A DNA stretch of 44,769 nt from an uncultured bacterium (GTDB lineage: Bacteria > Actinomycetota > Acidimicrobiia > Spongiisociales > UBA5794): positions 1 through 44,769 of the forward strand of contig CBDUNF010000003.1 of the NCBI GenBank assembly GCA_965368515.1. The letters are read 5' to 3'. Positions 27,457-35,644 of this stretch are shown here, in pieces (position 1 is the first letter of the stretch; each line of letters starts with the position of its first letter). The translations under genes were made by a program, and so were the position numbers. A model generated the notes under the pieces. The model made no database searches and had not been told where the DNA came from. It saw nothing but the letters and a program-made list of their open reading frames with translations.

Positions 27457-28848
27457 TCAGCGACCGCTGCTCGACGGTGGGATGTTCTGGTTGTGGCGGA
27501 AGACATTCGTCGGATCGACGCGGTCCTTTATCGCAACCAATCGGCCGAACGACTCCTCGCCGTAGGCTTGGCGGACTGCGTCCGATCCCTGTTCGGTCAG
27601 GAAGTTCACGTAGCCGCCAGCAAGCGTGTGGTCGGCGAACTCAGCCATTGCCGCTCGAGTCCAATCGCGATGGCGCCCATCCTCGTCTGCGTCGATCCAC
27701 TGCCCCGCATAGTTAATGAGGAATTGAGCGTCCCGATTCGGGAATGCCCCCATGTCGTGGTTCCTAGCAACGGCGCCGCCCATCTGGAAGAAGCCGAGCA
27801 GGCTGTGTGGTGATGAGATGGTCCGGAGGTGCTGGTCGAGGAGATCAATGACCTCGTCGGATAGCTCTGCAAGCGGTGCCGATTTCCAGTAGTAGCGATG
27901 GCCCACGGGATTGGCTCCGTCAAGAACAGCTTGATGTTCGGTCATCGGCTTTGGCGAGATGGTATCGGCCAGCGGCCGCGCCAGCCGGCGCAGCCGGTCA
28001 GCCCAGCCGGCTCCAGCGGTCGTGTCTCCTAGCCAGGTCGCACCGATCATCACTACCGGCCGGCCCACCAGCTCGGTCGGGATCCACGGGGCGCTGGGCG
28101 CTATCCGTAGGAACACGATCGTCGTTAGATCGTCGGGCGCGTCGGCGACAACGTCCCGGTAGTTACGCAGAACCTGCACGGCATCGGCGCCGTCATAGAA
28201 TACAAATCCGGCCGTGACTGAGGGCTCGATTGAGTGGGCGGCGAACTCGAATTCGGTCACAATGCCGAAGTTGCCGCCTCCGCCACGCAGCCCCCACATG
28301 AGTTCGGGGTCCGATGCATCTGAGACCCAAACGACCTCGCCGGCCGCATCGACCATCGTGACCGCTTTGAGATTGTCGCAGGTAAGGCCGTGCTTGCGCA
28401 TGCTCCACCCGATGCCACCGCCGAGGGTCAGCCCGCCGACACCGGTGTCGTGATCTATGCCTGCGGGCGTCACAAAGCCATGGGGAAGGGTCCCGCGGTC
28501 GAGATCGCCGAGCTTTGCGCCGCCCCCGACTCGTACGGTTGCCGTCGCTGGATCAAGACGAACCTGGGTCATCTGGGCCAGATCAACTACGACACCTTCG
28601 GCAACGATGGCGCTCCCACCCACGTGATGACCGCCGGCACGCACAGACAGGGGCAGGTCTGACTCCACTGCGTACTTCACTGCTCGGGAGACATCATTGG
28701 TATTGGCGCACGTCGCAACGAGAGCGGGACGACGGTCGATCTGGCCGTTCCAGACCTTGCGTACCTCGTTGTATCCGGGGGATTCGGGAAGGTGGATCGT
28801 TCCCTCGAAGGTGGCTTGGAGATCCGTGAGGCGTGTTGTCGTTGTCAT
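27457..28848 (-). CDS. FAD-linked oxidase (VAO/BBE family, 6-hydroxy-D-nicotine-oxidase-like)
   Basis: RAGGHH flavinylation motif, GVGGLTLGGG, WGLRGGGGNFGIVT and C-terminal YVNF...K..VDPTNVF.HNQNI. Start at ATG 28848. Confidence 0.92.
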   Translation of the reverse strand: MTTTTRLTDLQATFEGTIHLPESPGYNEVRKVWNGQIDRRPALVATCANTNDVSRAVKYAVESDLPLSVRAGGHHVGGSAIVAEGVVVDLAQMTQVRLDPATATVRVGGGAKLGDLDRGTLPHGFVTPAGIDHDTGVGGLTLGGGIGWSMRKHGLTCDNLKAVTMVDAAGEVVWVSDASDPELMWGLRGGGGNFGIVTEFEFAAHSIEPSVTAGFVFYDGADAVQVLRNYRDVVADAPDDLTTIVFLRIAPSAPWIPTELVGRPVVMIGATWLGDTTAGAGWADRLRRLARPLADTISPKPMTEHQAVLDGANPVGHRYYWKSAPLAELSDEVIDLLDQHLRTISSPHSLLGFFQMGGAVARNHDMGAFPNRDAQFLINYAGQWIDADEDGRHRDWTRAAMAEFADHTLAGGYVNFLTEQGSDAVRQAYGEESFGRLVAIKDRVDPTNVFRHNQNIPPSSSGR

Positions 28849-28884
28849 GGCAGGGACAGTAGGCGCAGCTTCATACAGTCGGAA

Positions 28885-28899
28885 GTTCGAAATTCGAAC
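28885..28899. promoter_or_regulatory. Palindrome GTTCGAA-A-TTCGAAC between divergent oxidase and HxlR genes (putative operator)
   Basis: Perfect 7-bp dyad centred in the 84-nt divergent gap, between -10-like hexamers on both strands (TACTGT minus 28856-28861; CATACT plus 28920-28925). Confidence 0.6.
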
Positions 28900-28932
28900 C
28901 ACTCTGCGGCGGATCCTGGCATACTCAAACGC

Positions 28933-29610
28933 ATGCGCTCATACGGTCAATACTGTCCGATTGCCAAGGGGGCCGAGTTGCTCGGCGATCGATGGACACT
29001 CCTCATCGTCCGCGAACTCCTATTCGGCCCGGTTCGGTTCAACGAGTTTGAGCGAGGGCTGCCCGGGATCTCCCGCTCCGTTCTTGCCAACCGGCTGCGC
29101 CGTCTGGAGCGAGATGGCATCATCGAACGCCTGCCGAGTGGCGAGGGGTACACGTTCACTCCCGTCGGTGAGACTCTGCGCCCGGTGGTGCGGACGATCG
29201 GTGAGTGGGTGGCCAATTGGGTAATCGAAGACCCCAGGCCCGCCGAGCTCGATCCCGAGCTTCTGATGCTGTTCATCTCCCGTCATGTGAATAGGGCTCA
29301 GTTGCCTGCCGGCAAGACCGTTCTCTGTTTCGAATTCGAGCAGGATGCCCGGCGCTTCTGGCTAACCATGGAACGTCAAGATGTCTCGGTCTGCTTGGAA
29401 GATCCGTGTCTGCCGGTGGCTGTGAAAGTGCGGGCACAGGTTCGGGAGCTATATCGCGTCTATATGGGCCGTACTTCCTTAAGGGATGCACTTGGCAAGG
29501 GATCGGTTGAGCTCGAAGGACTCCCGGCAGATCGACGCCGATTCGAGGATTGGATGAAGTGGAGCGCATACGCACCGACAGTGCGTACGGCCGGCGAGCG
29601 GACCGGCTAG
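28933..29610 (+). CDS. HxlR-family winged-helix regulator with C-terminal SCP2-like domain
   Basis: YGQYCPIAKGAELLGDRWTLLIVREL and RFNEF..GLPGIS...L..RL. The C-terminal FWL...VC..DP...AL..G.V...G fits an SCP2-like domain. Confidence 0.9.
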   Translation: MRSYGQYCPIAKGAELLGDRWTLLIVRELLFGPVRFNEFERGLPGISRSVLANRLRRLERDGIIERLPSGEGYTFTPVGETLRPVVRTIGEWVANWVIEDPRPAELDPELLMLFISRHVNRAQLPAGKTVLCFEFEQDARRFWLTMERQDVSVCLEDPCLPVAVKVRAQVRELYRVYMGRTSLRDALGKGSVELEGLPADRRRFEDWMKWSAYAPTVRTAGERTG

Positions 29611-29664
29611 CCACATCCACCTGACGTCCAGAGCTGCGTCGTCGGATGGCGTGCGTCTGAAGCC

Positions 29665-30078
29665 TCAGCGCCGAGCGGCCGCAAGTCGCGGAATCACCCG
29701 GTACAGCATGCCAGCACAGAGGATGAAGACGCCCACCATTGTCACGACCCCGAGGGTGATGCCCTGCGCCGCGATCAAGAACGCAACTGCAGCCAAGGTG
29801 TATACAACGATGCTGCCGATCATCGCTCGTCGAAACCCGAGCTGTGCCGGATCGCTCTTGCCCTCTGATGACTCCTGCTGCGAGCGGTCGATGAATCCGC
29901 GGGCCGTGGATCGAGAAAGCCCTGCGAGTGCGAACAAGTCATACAGTTCGTCCCGATCCACGCCGGATCGGAGTCGGCGTGCCCACTCCCGGGTAATTGC
30001 CTCAGGTCGTTTGGCAAACGACAAAAGGATCCCGATCTCTTCTTGTGAGAGCACGTAGCGAGGTTCATTCCATGTCAC
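29665..30078 (-). CDS. Hypothetical membrane protein (two C-terminal TM segments)
   Basis: 137 aa ORF filling the gap, with a hydrophobic hairpin at the C-terminus. No recognisable family. Confidence 0.5.
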   Translation of the reverse strand: MTWNEPRYVLSQEEIGILLSFAKRPEAITREWARRLRSGVDRDELYDLFALAGLSRSTARGFIDRSQQESSEGKSDPAQLGFRRAMIGSIVVYTLAAVAFLIAAQGITLGVVTMVGVFILCAGMLYRVIPRLAAARR

Positions 30079-30150
30079 GTCTGCACGATAGGCACCCTTG
30101 ATGTCCTCGCTTTACGGAAGGCTTGATCAGGCGTCGCTCCGGTGATCGCG

Positions 30151-30624
30151 CTAGCGCATTTGACGCACAAAGGCTCCGGCGCCGATCCCCGTACCTGGTA
30201 TGACCACACCGAAGTAACCGGGCCACACCGAGACGTACGGAAAGAGACGCTTGCTGTTGCACTCCAGCACAACCTCGTATGCAAACCCTTCCGGGTACTC
30301 GTTGGCGTTGTGTGTGCTCTCTCCGGGATCCAGTGTCACGACTAGTGCCCCCGGGGCGACAGGTGACTTCACTGCTCCTACCGGGCATTTGAACACAGTG
30401 ACCCGGGCGCGCTGCTGCGATTTGGCGTTGTTGAGAAGGGTCCAGTCCAATGACCCGGAGTTCTCGGGAAGCAAAAACGGGCCGGTTGTGTAGAGATACT
30501 TGTACTCGCCGATCGGCCACCGCTCCAGCAGTGCTCTCTCGGGAATCATCTCCGGCTCGGTTCGAGCGAGCATGCCGGTCGCTAGGTCCTTTTTGGTCGC
30601 GTCTCTGGGCTCGTCCGTGGACAT
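30151..30624 (-). CDS. Hypothetical protein (beta-rich, globular-looking)
   Basis: AGAGGA SD upstream of GTG 30630 / ATG 30624. Protein-like composition (YLYTTGPF, LDWTLLNN, YEVVLEC). Confidence 0.65.
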   Translation of the reverse strand: MSTDEPRDATKKDLATGMLARTEPEMIPERALLERWPIGEYKYLYTTGPFLLPENSGSLDWTLLNNAKSQQRARVTVFKCPVGAVKSPVAPGALVVTLDPGESTHNANEYPEGFAYEVVLECNSKRLFPYVSVWPGYFGVVIPGTGIGAGAFVRQMR

Positions 30625-30812
30625 AACCACTTCCTCTCCACGAGAGCCTCCAGGACTCTCGCTGTAGATTCAGCGGAACCCTTCGCGCACGCACCCGGTC
30701 CTCCTCATGGCATATCACGTCCACGAGGGGATGTCTACGGAATCAGTGCCGATCGAGCCGAATACCTCTCGACCGAAGTGTCGGTCGCACCAGCCGTGCC
30801 GAGCAACCCTGC

Positions 30813-31382
30813 CTATGCCGGCGCCGGTTCGTCCTGCATTGCGGTCTTCGCTTGCTGCGCTGCGGCCGGCATCTCGAGCTCAAAGCAGGCACCGCCGAGC
30901 TTGCTCGACGCGCCTTGATGCAAGGACCCGCCGTGTGCTTCAGCAAGAGATCGGGCAATGGGGAGGCCGATGCCGGAACCGGGAACAGCCGAGTCGAATC
31001 GGTGCGCTCCCCGCTCGAGGAGGTAGCAGACGTCCGCCCAGCCGGGGTAAGGCACCTCGACCTTCAGCACAGCCTCGTAGTACACCCAGATGATCTCTCC
31101 GATCCCCCAGGCGAGTACGCCAGAGCCGATCGTTGCCTATGCAATTCTCGATTGTCCTTCGTTGGTCACGGCGGCGGCGATAACGGCAAGGCCGGCGCCC
31201 GCCGGAACGATCACGTATGCAATCTGGCTGAAATCAAAGGCAAGCTCCTGGGGGAAGACCTCGAAGCCGAGCAGGGCAGTAGACAGAACGGCGAAGGACA
31301 GCAGGCTCAGCAGTGCAACACCCAATGCGCGAGATCGAGCCCTCGAGGAGCCACCCGCTTGGTTGGACGTTGTTGCAGTCAT
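30813..31382 (-). pseudogene. Degraded sensor histidine kinase: membrane N-terminus joined in frame to the HATPase_c tail, with an internal TAG
   Basis: ORFs 31137-31382 and 30813-31085 share one frame. TAG at 31137-31139 sits where Trp is expected (RIA*ATIGSGVLAWGIGEIIWVYY...PYPGWADVCYL). This is followed directly by ERG...PGSGIGLPIARSLAEAHGG, with no H-box or N-box. Confidence 0.75.
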
Positions 31383-31531
31383 GGGATTCCAGTCGCAGAG
31401 TCGCCTGATCTCCCATATATGTCGGCGTTCGAAGCCTCAGACTAAATCATCGGACCGATTGGGCCCGTTCCTTCAGACGGCGCACCGAGGGCCGACAGAC
31501 AGATGACCTGCACCAATCCGAGGAAAGACCG

Positions 31532-31921
31532 ATGCCAACCAAGACCATCCTGGTCGTCGAGGACTCAGATCCGACACGACGACTCATCGAGATGTGTCTG
31601 ACAATGGACGGCTTCAACGTTGTGCACAGCGTGGACGGCGAGTCCGGGCTGGAAATGGCTCGGGAGGTGCTGCCCGATGCCATCGTCTTGGATATCGCTT
31701 TACCGGGTATCAACGGCTGGGAAGTTCTCGAGCAGCTCAGAAGCGACCCCAGCACTAGCGAGATTCCGGTCCTCGTTGCAACTGCGCATGACAGCGACTT
31801 GTCTCGAGTTCGGGCCAAAACCGCAATGGCCGACGCCTTCGTCGGCAAACCCTTCAATCTTTCTGACCTGAGAACGGCGATCGATGGCCTGATCAGGGCG
31901 CCATCGCAGCTGGAGAGCTAG
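31532..31921 (+). CDS. Stand-alone response regulator receiver (CheY-like)
   Basis: ILVVEDS, phospho-Asp in IVLDIALPGING, ATA and KPF. No output domain. Confidence 0.93.
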   Translation: MPTKTILVVEDSDPTRRLIEMCLTMDGFNVVHSVDGESGLEMAREVLPDAIVLDIALPGINGWEVLEQLRSDPSTSEIPVLVATAHDSDLSRVRAKTAMADAFVGKPFNLSDLRTAIDGLIRAPSQLES

Positions 31922-32042
31922 GCCCCACTTCAGCCACGGCTCCAGTAGGTTGATGGTGCGAGACGTTGTCAGGCAATCCGCAGCGTGAATGGGCTCGTCT
32001 TCGCCGCGTAGATCGCGGTCCGGCGAGCAGGGAATGATCTGA

Positions 32043-32071
32043 TTGCATCACTGCGAGGCGGCGGCTACGAT
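32043..32071 (+). promoter_or_regulatory. Sigma-70-type promoter for the sugar/nucleoside cluster (TTGCAT-N17-TACGAT), leaderless start
   Basis: TTGCAT at 32043-32048, 17-nt spacer, TACGAT at 32066-32071, then ATG at 32078 with no SD. Confidence 0.6.
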
Positions 32072-32077
32072 GAACAC

Positions 32078-33082
32078 ATGAACGTCCTCCGAACAGATGT
32101 TCAACAGAATCTGGCGGGGTTGCCGTCGGGAGTTTCAGAGGCGGACTACCGGCTCTGTGTCCGAGCTGCGATGCTGTATTACCAGGCAGGCCTTACCCAG
32201 AACGAAATCGGCGAGCAGCTGGGCTACTCCCGCATCAAGATCAATAGGGTCCTGAGTCTCGCTCGCACTTCCGGGATCTTGGAGATCCAGGTCAAGGTCC
32301 CTCCCGATTGGCACATCGAGTTGGAGACCAGCCTGATCCGTGAATTCGGCCTGCGCGATGCTGTGGTTGTCACGGCCGAGCAATCCGGGCGGTCCCTCGA
32401 ATCCGTGCTTGCTGAAGGTGCGGCCGGGTTTCTGTCAGGCCAGCTCCAACCAGGCATGCGCGTGGGGCTTGGCATTGGTCGAACAATCGCCCACCTCCCA
32501 GAACGCTTTCGGCCCGATCGCCATGTTGATTGTGCCTTCATCGAACTCATCGGGGCGGCATACAACAGGGATTGGGCGAGATTCGACGTCACGTCGAAGA
32601 TGGCAGAACTCGCTGGAGGAACTAGGGAGGCGCTGCAGGTCCCCGGATTCATCACTGATCCGGACCTCAGTACTCGTCTTGCCCGGGAGCCTGCCGTCGC
32701 CGCAACGCTCGATCGCGCTCGCGGGTCCGACATGATGCTGCAAAGCGTCGGCCCGGTCGACACCACAGCCATCCTCTTTCAATACGGTATTCTCGCCGCC
32801 GATGATCTCGAAGATCTGCGAGCGCGCGGCGCGGTGGGTGACGCTCTCGGTTACTACTACGACATCGATGGCAACCACGTCAAGTCGCTGAGTGATTCGA
32901 ATCTGATCGGAATCAAGCTCGAGGATCTGCGCCACGTTCCATGGAGTGTCCTCGTGGCCGGAGGCAAGCCGAAGGTCCCACCAATCGTGGGCGGTCTGCG
33001 CGGTGGCTATTTCAACACTCTCGTGACCGACGACGTAACCGCAAAGATGCTCATTGACTTCGTAGAGGAGCTCGACAGATGA
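32078..33082 (+). CDS. SorC/DeoR (LsrR-like) sugar-phosphate-binding transcriptional regulator
   Basis: AAMLYYQAGLTQNEIGEQLGYSRIKINRVL HTH. Sugar-binding domain with GIGRT, GAVGD..G.YYDIDG, VAGG..K and LVTD. Confidence 0.93.
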   Translation: MNVLRTDVQQNLAGLPSGVSEADYRLCVRAAMLYYQAGLTQNEIGEQLGYSRIKINRVLSLARTSGILEIQVKVPPDWHIELETSLIREFGLRDAVVVTAEQSGRSLESVLAEGAAGFLSGQLQPGMRVGLGIGRTIAHLPERFRPDRHVDCAFIELIGAAYNRDWARFDVTSKMAELAGGTREALQVPGFITDPDLSTRLAREPAVAATLDRARGSDMMLQSVGPVDTTAILFQYGILAADDLEDLRARGAVGDALGYYYDIDGNHVKSLSDSNLIGIKLEDLRHVPWSVLVAGGKPKVPPIVGGLRGGYFNTLVTDDVTAKMLIDFVEELDR

Positions 33083-33954
33083 GCGCTCGAACCGTCGGCA
33101 TCGAGATCTTCTACTTCATGGATCGCTGGTCCGACGATCAGGCGGCTTACTTCTCCAAAGCGGCCGAATGCGGATACGACGGCGTGGAGATCTCGCTGAT
33201 GCCCCATGTCCTCGCAGACCCACGCCGGATCAGAAGCGAAAGCGCCAAGCACAATCTCTCCGTTTTGTGCAGTACGGGACTCACCCCCGAAACCGACATA
33301 TCCGACCCCGATCCAGCAGTCCGCCGCAGTGGTATCGAGTATCTCAAGAGATGTCTCGATGTAGCGAGCGATCTGAAGAGCCCAATTCTCGGCGGCGTGA
33401 CCTATGCCCCATGGTTTGCGTTTCCTGACGACGACCTCGGCTCCAGACGGCAACGATCGGCCGATTCGCTGCGAGAGGTGGCCGTTGCCGCCGACGCCAT
33501 CGGCGTCACGGTCTGCATGGAAGTCCTCAACCGTTTCGAGACTTTCCTCATCAACACAGTGAGCATGGCTCAGGAGTTCCTCGCCCTCGTTGATCACCCT
33601 GCGGTTCGCATCGAGCTGGACACCTTCCACATGAACATGGAAGAACCCGACCTGGGCGCTGCAATCCGTGATGCCGGGCCGCGACTCGGCCACTTCCAGT
33701 GTGCGGCAAACAACCGGGAGATGCCGGGTAAGGGCCACATCAACTGGGATGAGATTGCGACTGCGCTCGACGACGTCGGCTATGACGGTTGGGTTGTTGT
33801 CGAGACCTTCCCCAACCACAACGTTGAAACAGGTCGGTCAACCCATGCGTTCCGCCCCCTTGCGGGTGATCTCATGGCAGAAGCTGGCGAAGCCGCCGAG
33901 TTTGTGCGCAAGCGCCTCGGTGGAAGCGAACGAAAGACGACCCCGAACAAGTAG
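33079..33954 (+). CDS. D-psicose/D-tagatose/L-ribulose 3-epimerase family protein
   Basis: GYDGVEI, DISDPD..VR..G, MEVLNRFE, LDTFHMNMEE, NR..PG.G and VVETF motifs. Confidence 0.88.
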   Translation: MSARTVGIEIFYFMDRWSDDQAAYFSKAAECGYDGVEISLMPHVLADPRRIRSESAKHNLSVLCSTGLTPETDISDPDPAVRRSGIEYLKRCLDVASDLKSPILGGVTYAPWFAFPDDDLGSRRQRSADSLREVAVAADAIGVTVCMEVLNRFETFLINTVSMAQEFLALVDHPAVRIELDTFHMNMEEPDLGAAIRDAGPRLGHFQCAANNREMPGKGHINWDEIATALDDVGYDGWVVVETFPNHNVETGRSTHAFRPLAGDLMAEAGEAAEFVRKRLGGSERKTTPNK

Positions 33955-33962
33955 GAGGATCT

Positions 33963-34988
33963 GTGCGGACCACGAAGCTGATCAACGATCCCGAGGAGAT
34001 CGTTGCCGACATGCTTGCCGGGTTCGCTGCTGCCTATCCGCACATCATCGCGCTAGAAGATGGACTGATCGTCAGGGCACAGCGCAAGGCCGCCGGCAAG
34101 GTTGGATTGGTCATCGGTAACGGGTCTGGTCATGAGCCAGCCATGATTGGTCTCGTCGGTCCCGGCCTGTTTGACGTAAACGTGCCCGGGCCGATCTTTA
34201 CCGCACCCGGTCCTTCCAAGCTGGCCCAGGGCGTAAAGGCAGCCGATGGCGGGGCGGGCGTTCTGATATGTGTTTCGAACCACTCGGGTGACGTCCTCAA
34301 CGCCGAGTTAGCTCTCGAGGATCTCGAAGATGAAGGGATTACCAACGTTGAGTCGGTGATCCTGTACGACGATGTCGATTCTGCCCCGCGCGGGTCCGAG
34401 CCCGAGCGCCGGGGCTCCGCCGGTCTGTTCTTTGTCTGGAAGATCGTCGGGGCCTACGCCGAGACCGGTGCCACCCTTGCGGAATGCCGGGAGATGGCAG
34501 AGCGGGTACGGGACAACACGAGAACGCTTTCAGCCACGCTTGGGAACTGCTCGCACCCAATCTCCGGCGAACCGATCGGTGACCTCGCCGACGGCGAGAT
34601 GGCCATCGGAGTCGGAGTCCACGGCGAGACCGGCGGTGATGCCGTCACGGTTCCCACCGCAAACGAAGTCGTGGACCTGATGATGCCGACGCTGCTCGAG
34701 GATCTCCCCTACGAAGCCGGTGACGAGGTGTGCGTCCTTGTCAACAACTCTGGTTCGATGACGCTGATGGAACTGTCGATCCTCTATCGCAGGATCGACG
34801 AGGTTCTCGGTGAGCACGGCGTCTCCGTGCATCGGGCGTGGCTCGGGCCATATGCAACCACCCAGGAGTCGGCGGGCTTTGCCATTTCGCTCTGCCGGGT
34901 CGATTCCGAGACCAAAGCCCTCTACGACGCACCAGCGGTTGGTGCCTCTGTCCAGTTCATCGCTCCCAAAACCAAGGACACCCAGTGA
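33963..34988 (+). CDS. dhaK: Dihydroxyacetone/short-ketose kinase substrate-binding subunit (Dak1)
   Basis: KLINDP, GNGSGHEP, GPIFTAP, NHSGDVLN, RRGSAG and GVHGETG. AGGAGG SD. Confidence 0.88.
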   Translation: MRTTKLINDPEEIVADMLAGFAAAYPHIIALEDGLIVRAQRKAAGKVGLVIGNGSGHEPAMIGLVGPGLFDVNVPGPIFTAPGPSKLAQGVKAADGGAGVLICVSNHSGDVLNAELALEDLEDEGITNVESVILYDDVDSAPRGSEPERRGSAGLFFVWKIVGAYAETGATLAECREMAERVRDNTRTLSATLGNCSHPISGEPIGDLADGEMAIGVGVHGETGGDAVTVPTANEVVDLMMPTLLEDLPYEAGDEVCVLVNNSGSMTLMELSILYRRIDEVLGEHGVSVHRAWLGPYATTQESAGFAISLCRVDSETKALYDAPAVGASVQFIAPKTKDTQ

Positions 34989-35644
34989 CCAACATCGCGA
35001 CGAAGCTCGACGGCAAGGATTGGCGGCGGCTGGTCCTCGCCGCGGCCGAGGCAGTAGATGAGCATGTCGAGGAACTCTCCCGTCTCGACGCAGCAGTAGG
35101 CGATGGGGACCACGGCGTCAACGTCGCCACCGCGATGCGGCATGCCCGCCGCGAGCTGGCCGACAACGCTGAGCCGCTTCCCAGCGAGGTGCTGAAGACG
35201 CTCGCTTCCGGTTTTCTCGACGAGATGGGGGGTGCTGCAGGCGCCCTCTTCGGAAGCCTGTTCAAGGTGGCCGGTCGCACTTTCGGTGACGCCCCGCATA
35301 CTGACTCAGCAGATCTGGCGGATGCGCTGACCGGCGGGGTGGAAACAGTAATGCGCCGTGGCCAGACCAGCCCCGGCGACAAGACCATGGTCGATGCACT
35401 CGTCCCGGCAGCAGCTTCGGCGCGCGATGCAGCGGAAGCGGGTCTGCCCATCGGGGAGGCGCTGGCCGCCGTGGCCGCAGCCGCCCGCAGCGGCGTCGAA
35501 TCTACGACCTCCATGCCTGCGTCCAGAGGTCGGGCCAAGTACGCGGGGGATAAGGCGATTGGTGTGCCCGACGCCGGGGCAACGACCGTGGCAATCATTT
35601 TTGAGGCTTGGGCGGCAACCGCATCGGAGAGGAACGAGGCATGA
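34985..35644 (+). CDS. dhaL: Dihydroxyacetone/short-ketose kinase nucleotide-binding subunit (Dak2)
   Basis: LSRLDAAVGDGDHG, MGGAAGALFG, GDKTMVDAL, GRAKY and PDAGA. GTG start overlaps the dhaK stop. Confidence 0.9.
   Translation: MTNIATKLDGKDWRRLVLAAAEAVDEHVEELSRLDAAVGDGDHGVNVATAMRHARRELADNAEPLPSEVLKTLASGFLDEMGGAAGALFGSLFKVAGRTFGDAPHTDSADLADALTGGVETVMRRGQTSPGDKTMVDALVPAAASARDAAEAGLPIGEALAAVAAAARSGVESTTSMPASRGRAKYAGDKAIGVPDAGATTVAIIFEAWAATASERNEA

Noticed and set aside
31137-31139. Programmed amber readthrough (pyrrolysine) in the kinase-like frame
   Set aside because: The position corresponds to an expected Trp (TGG to TAG), the gene also lacks its catalytic core, and no pyl genes are in the window.
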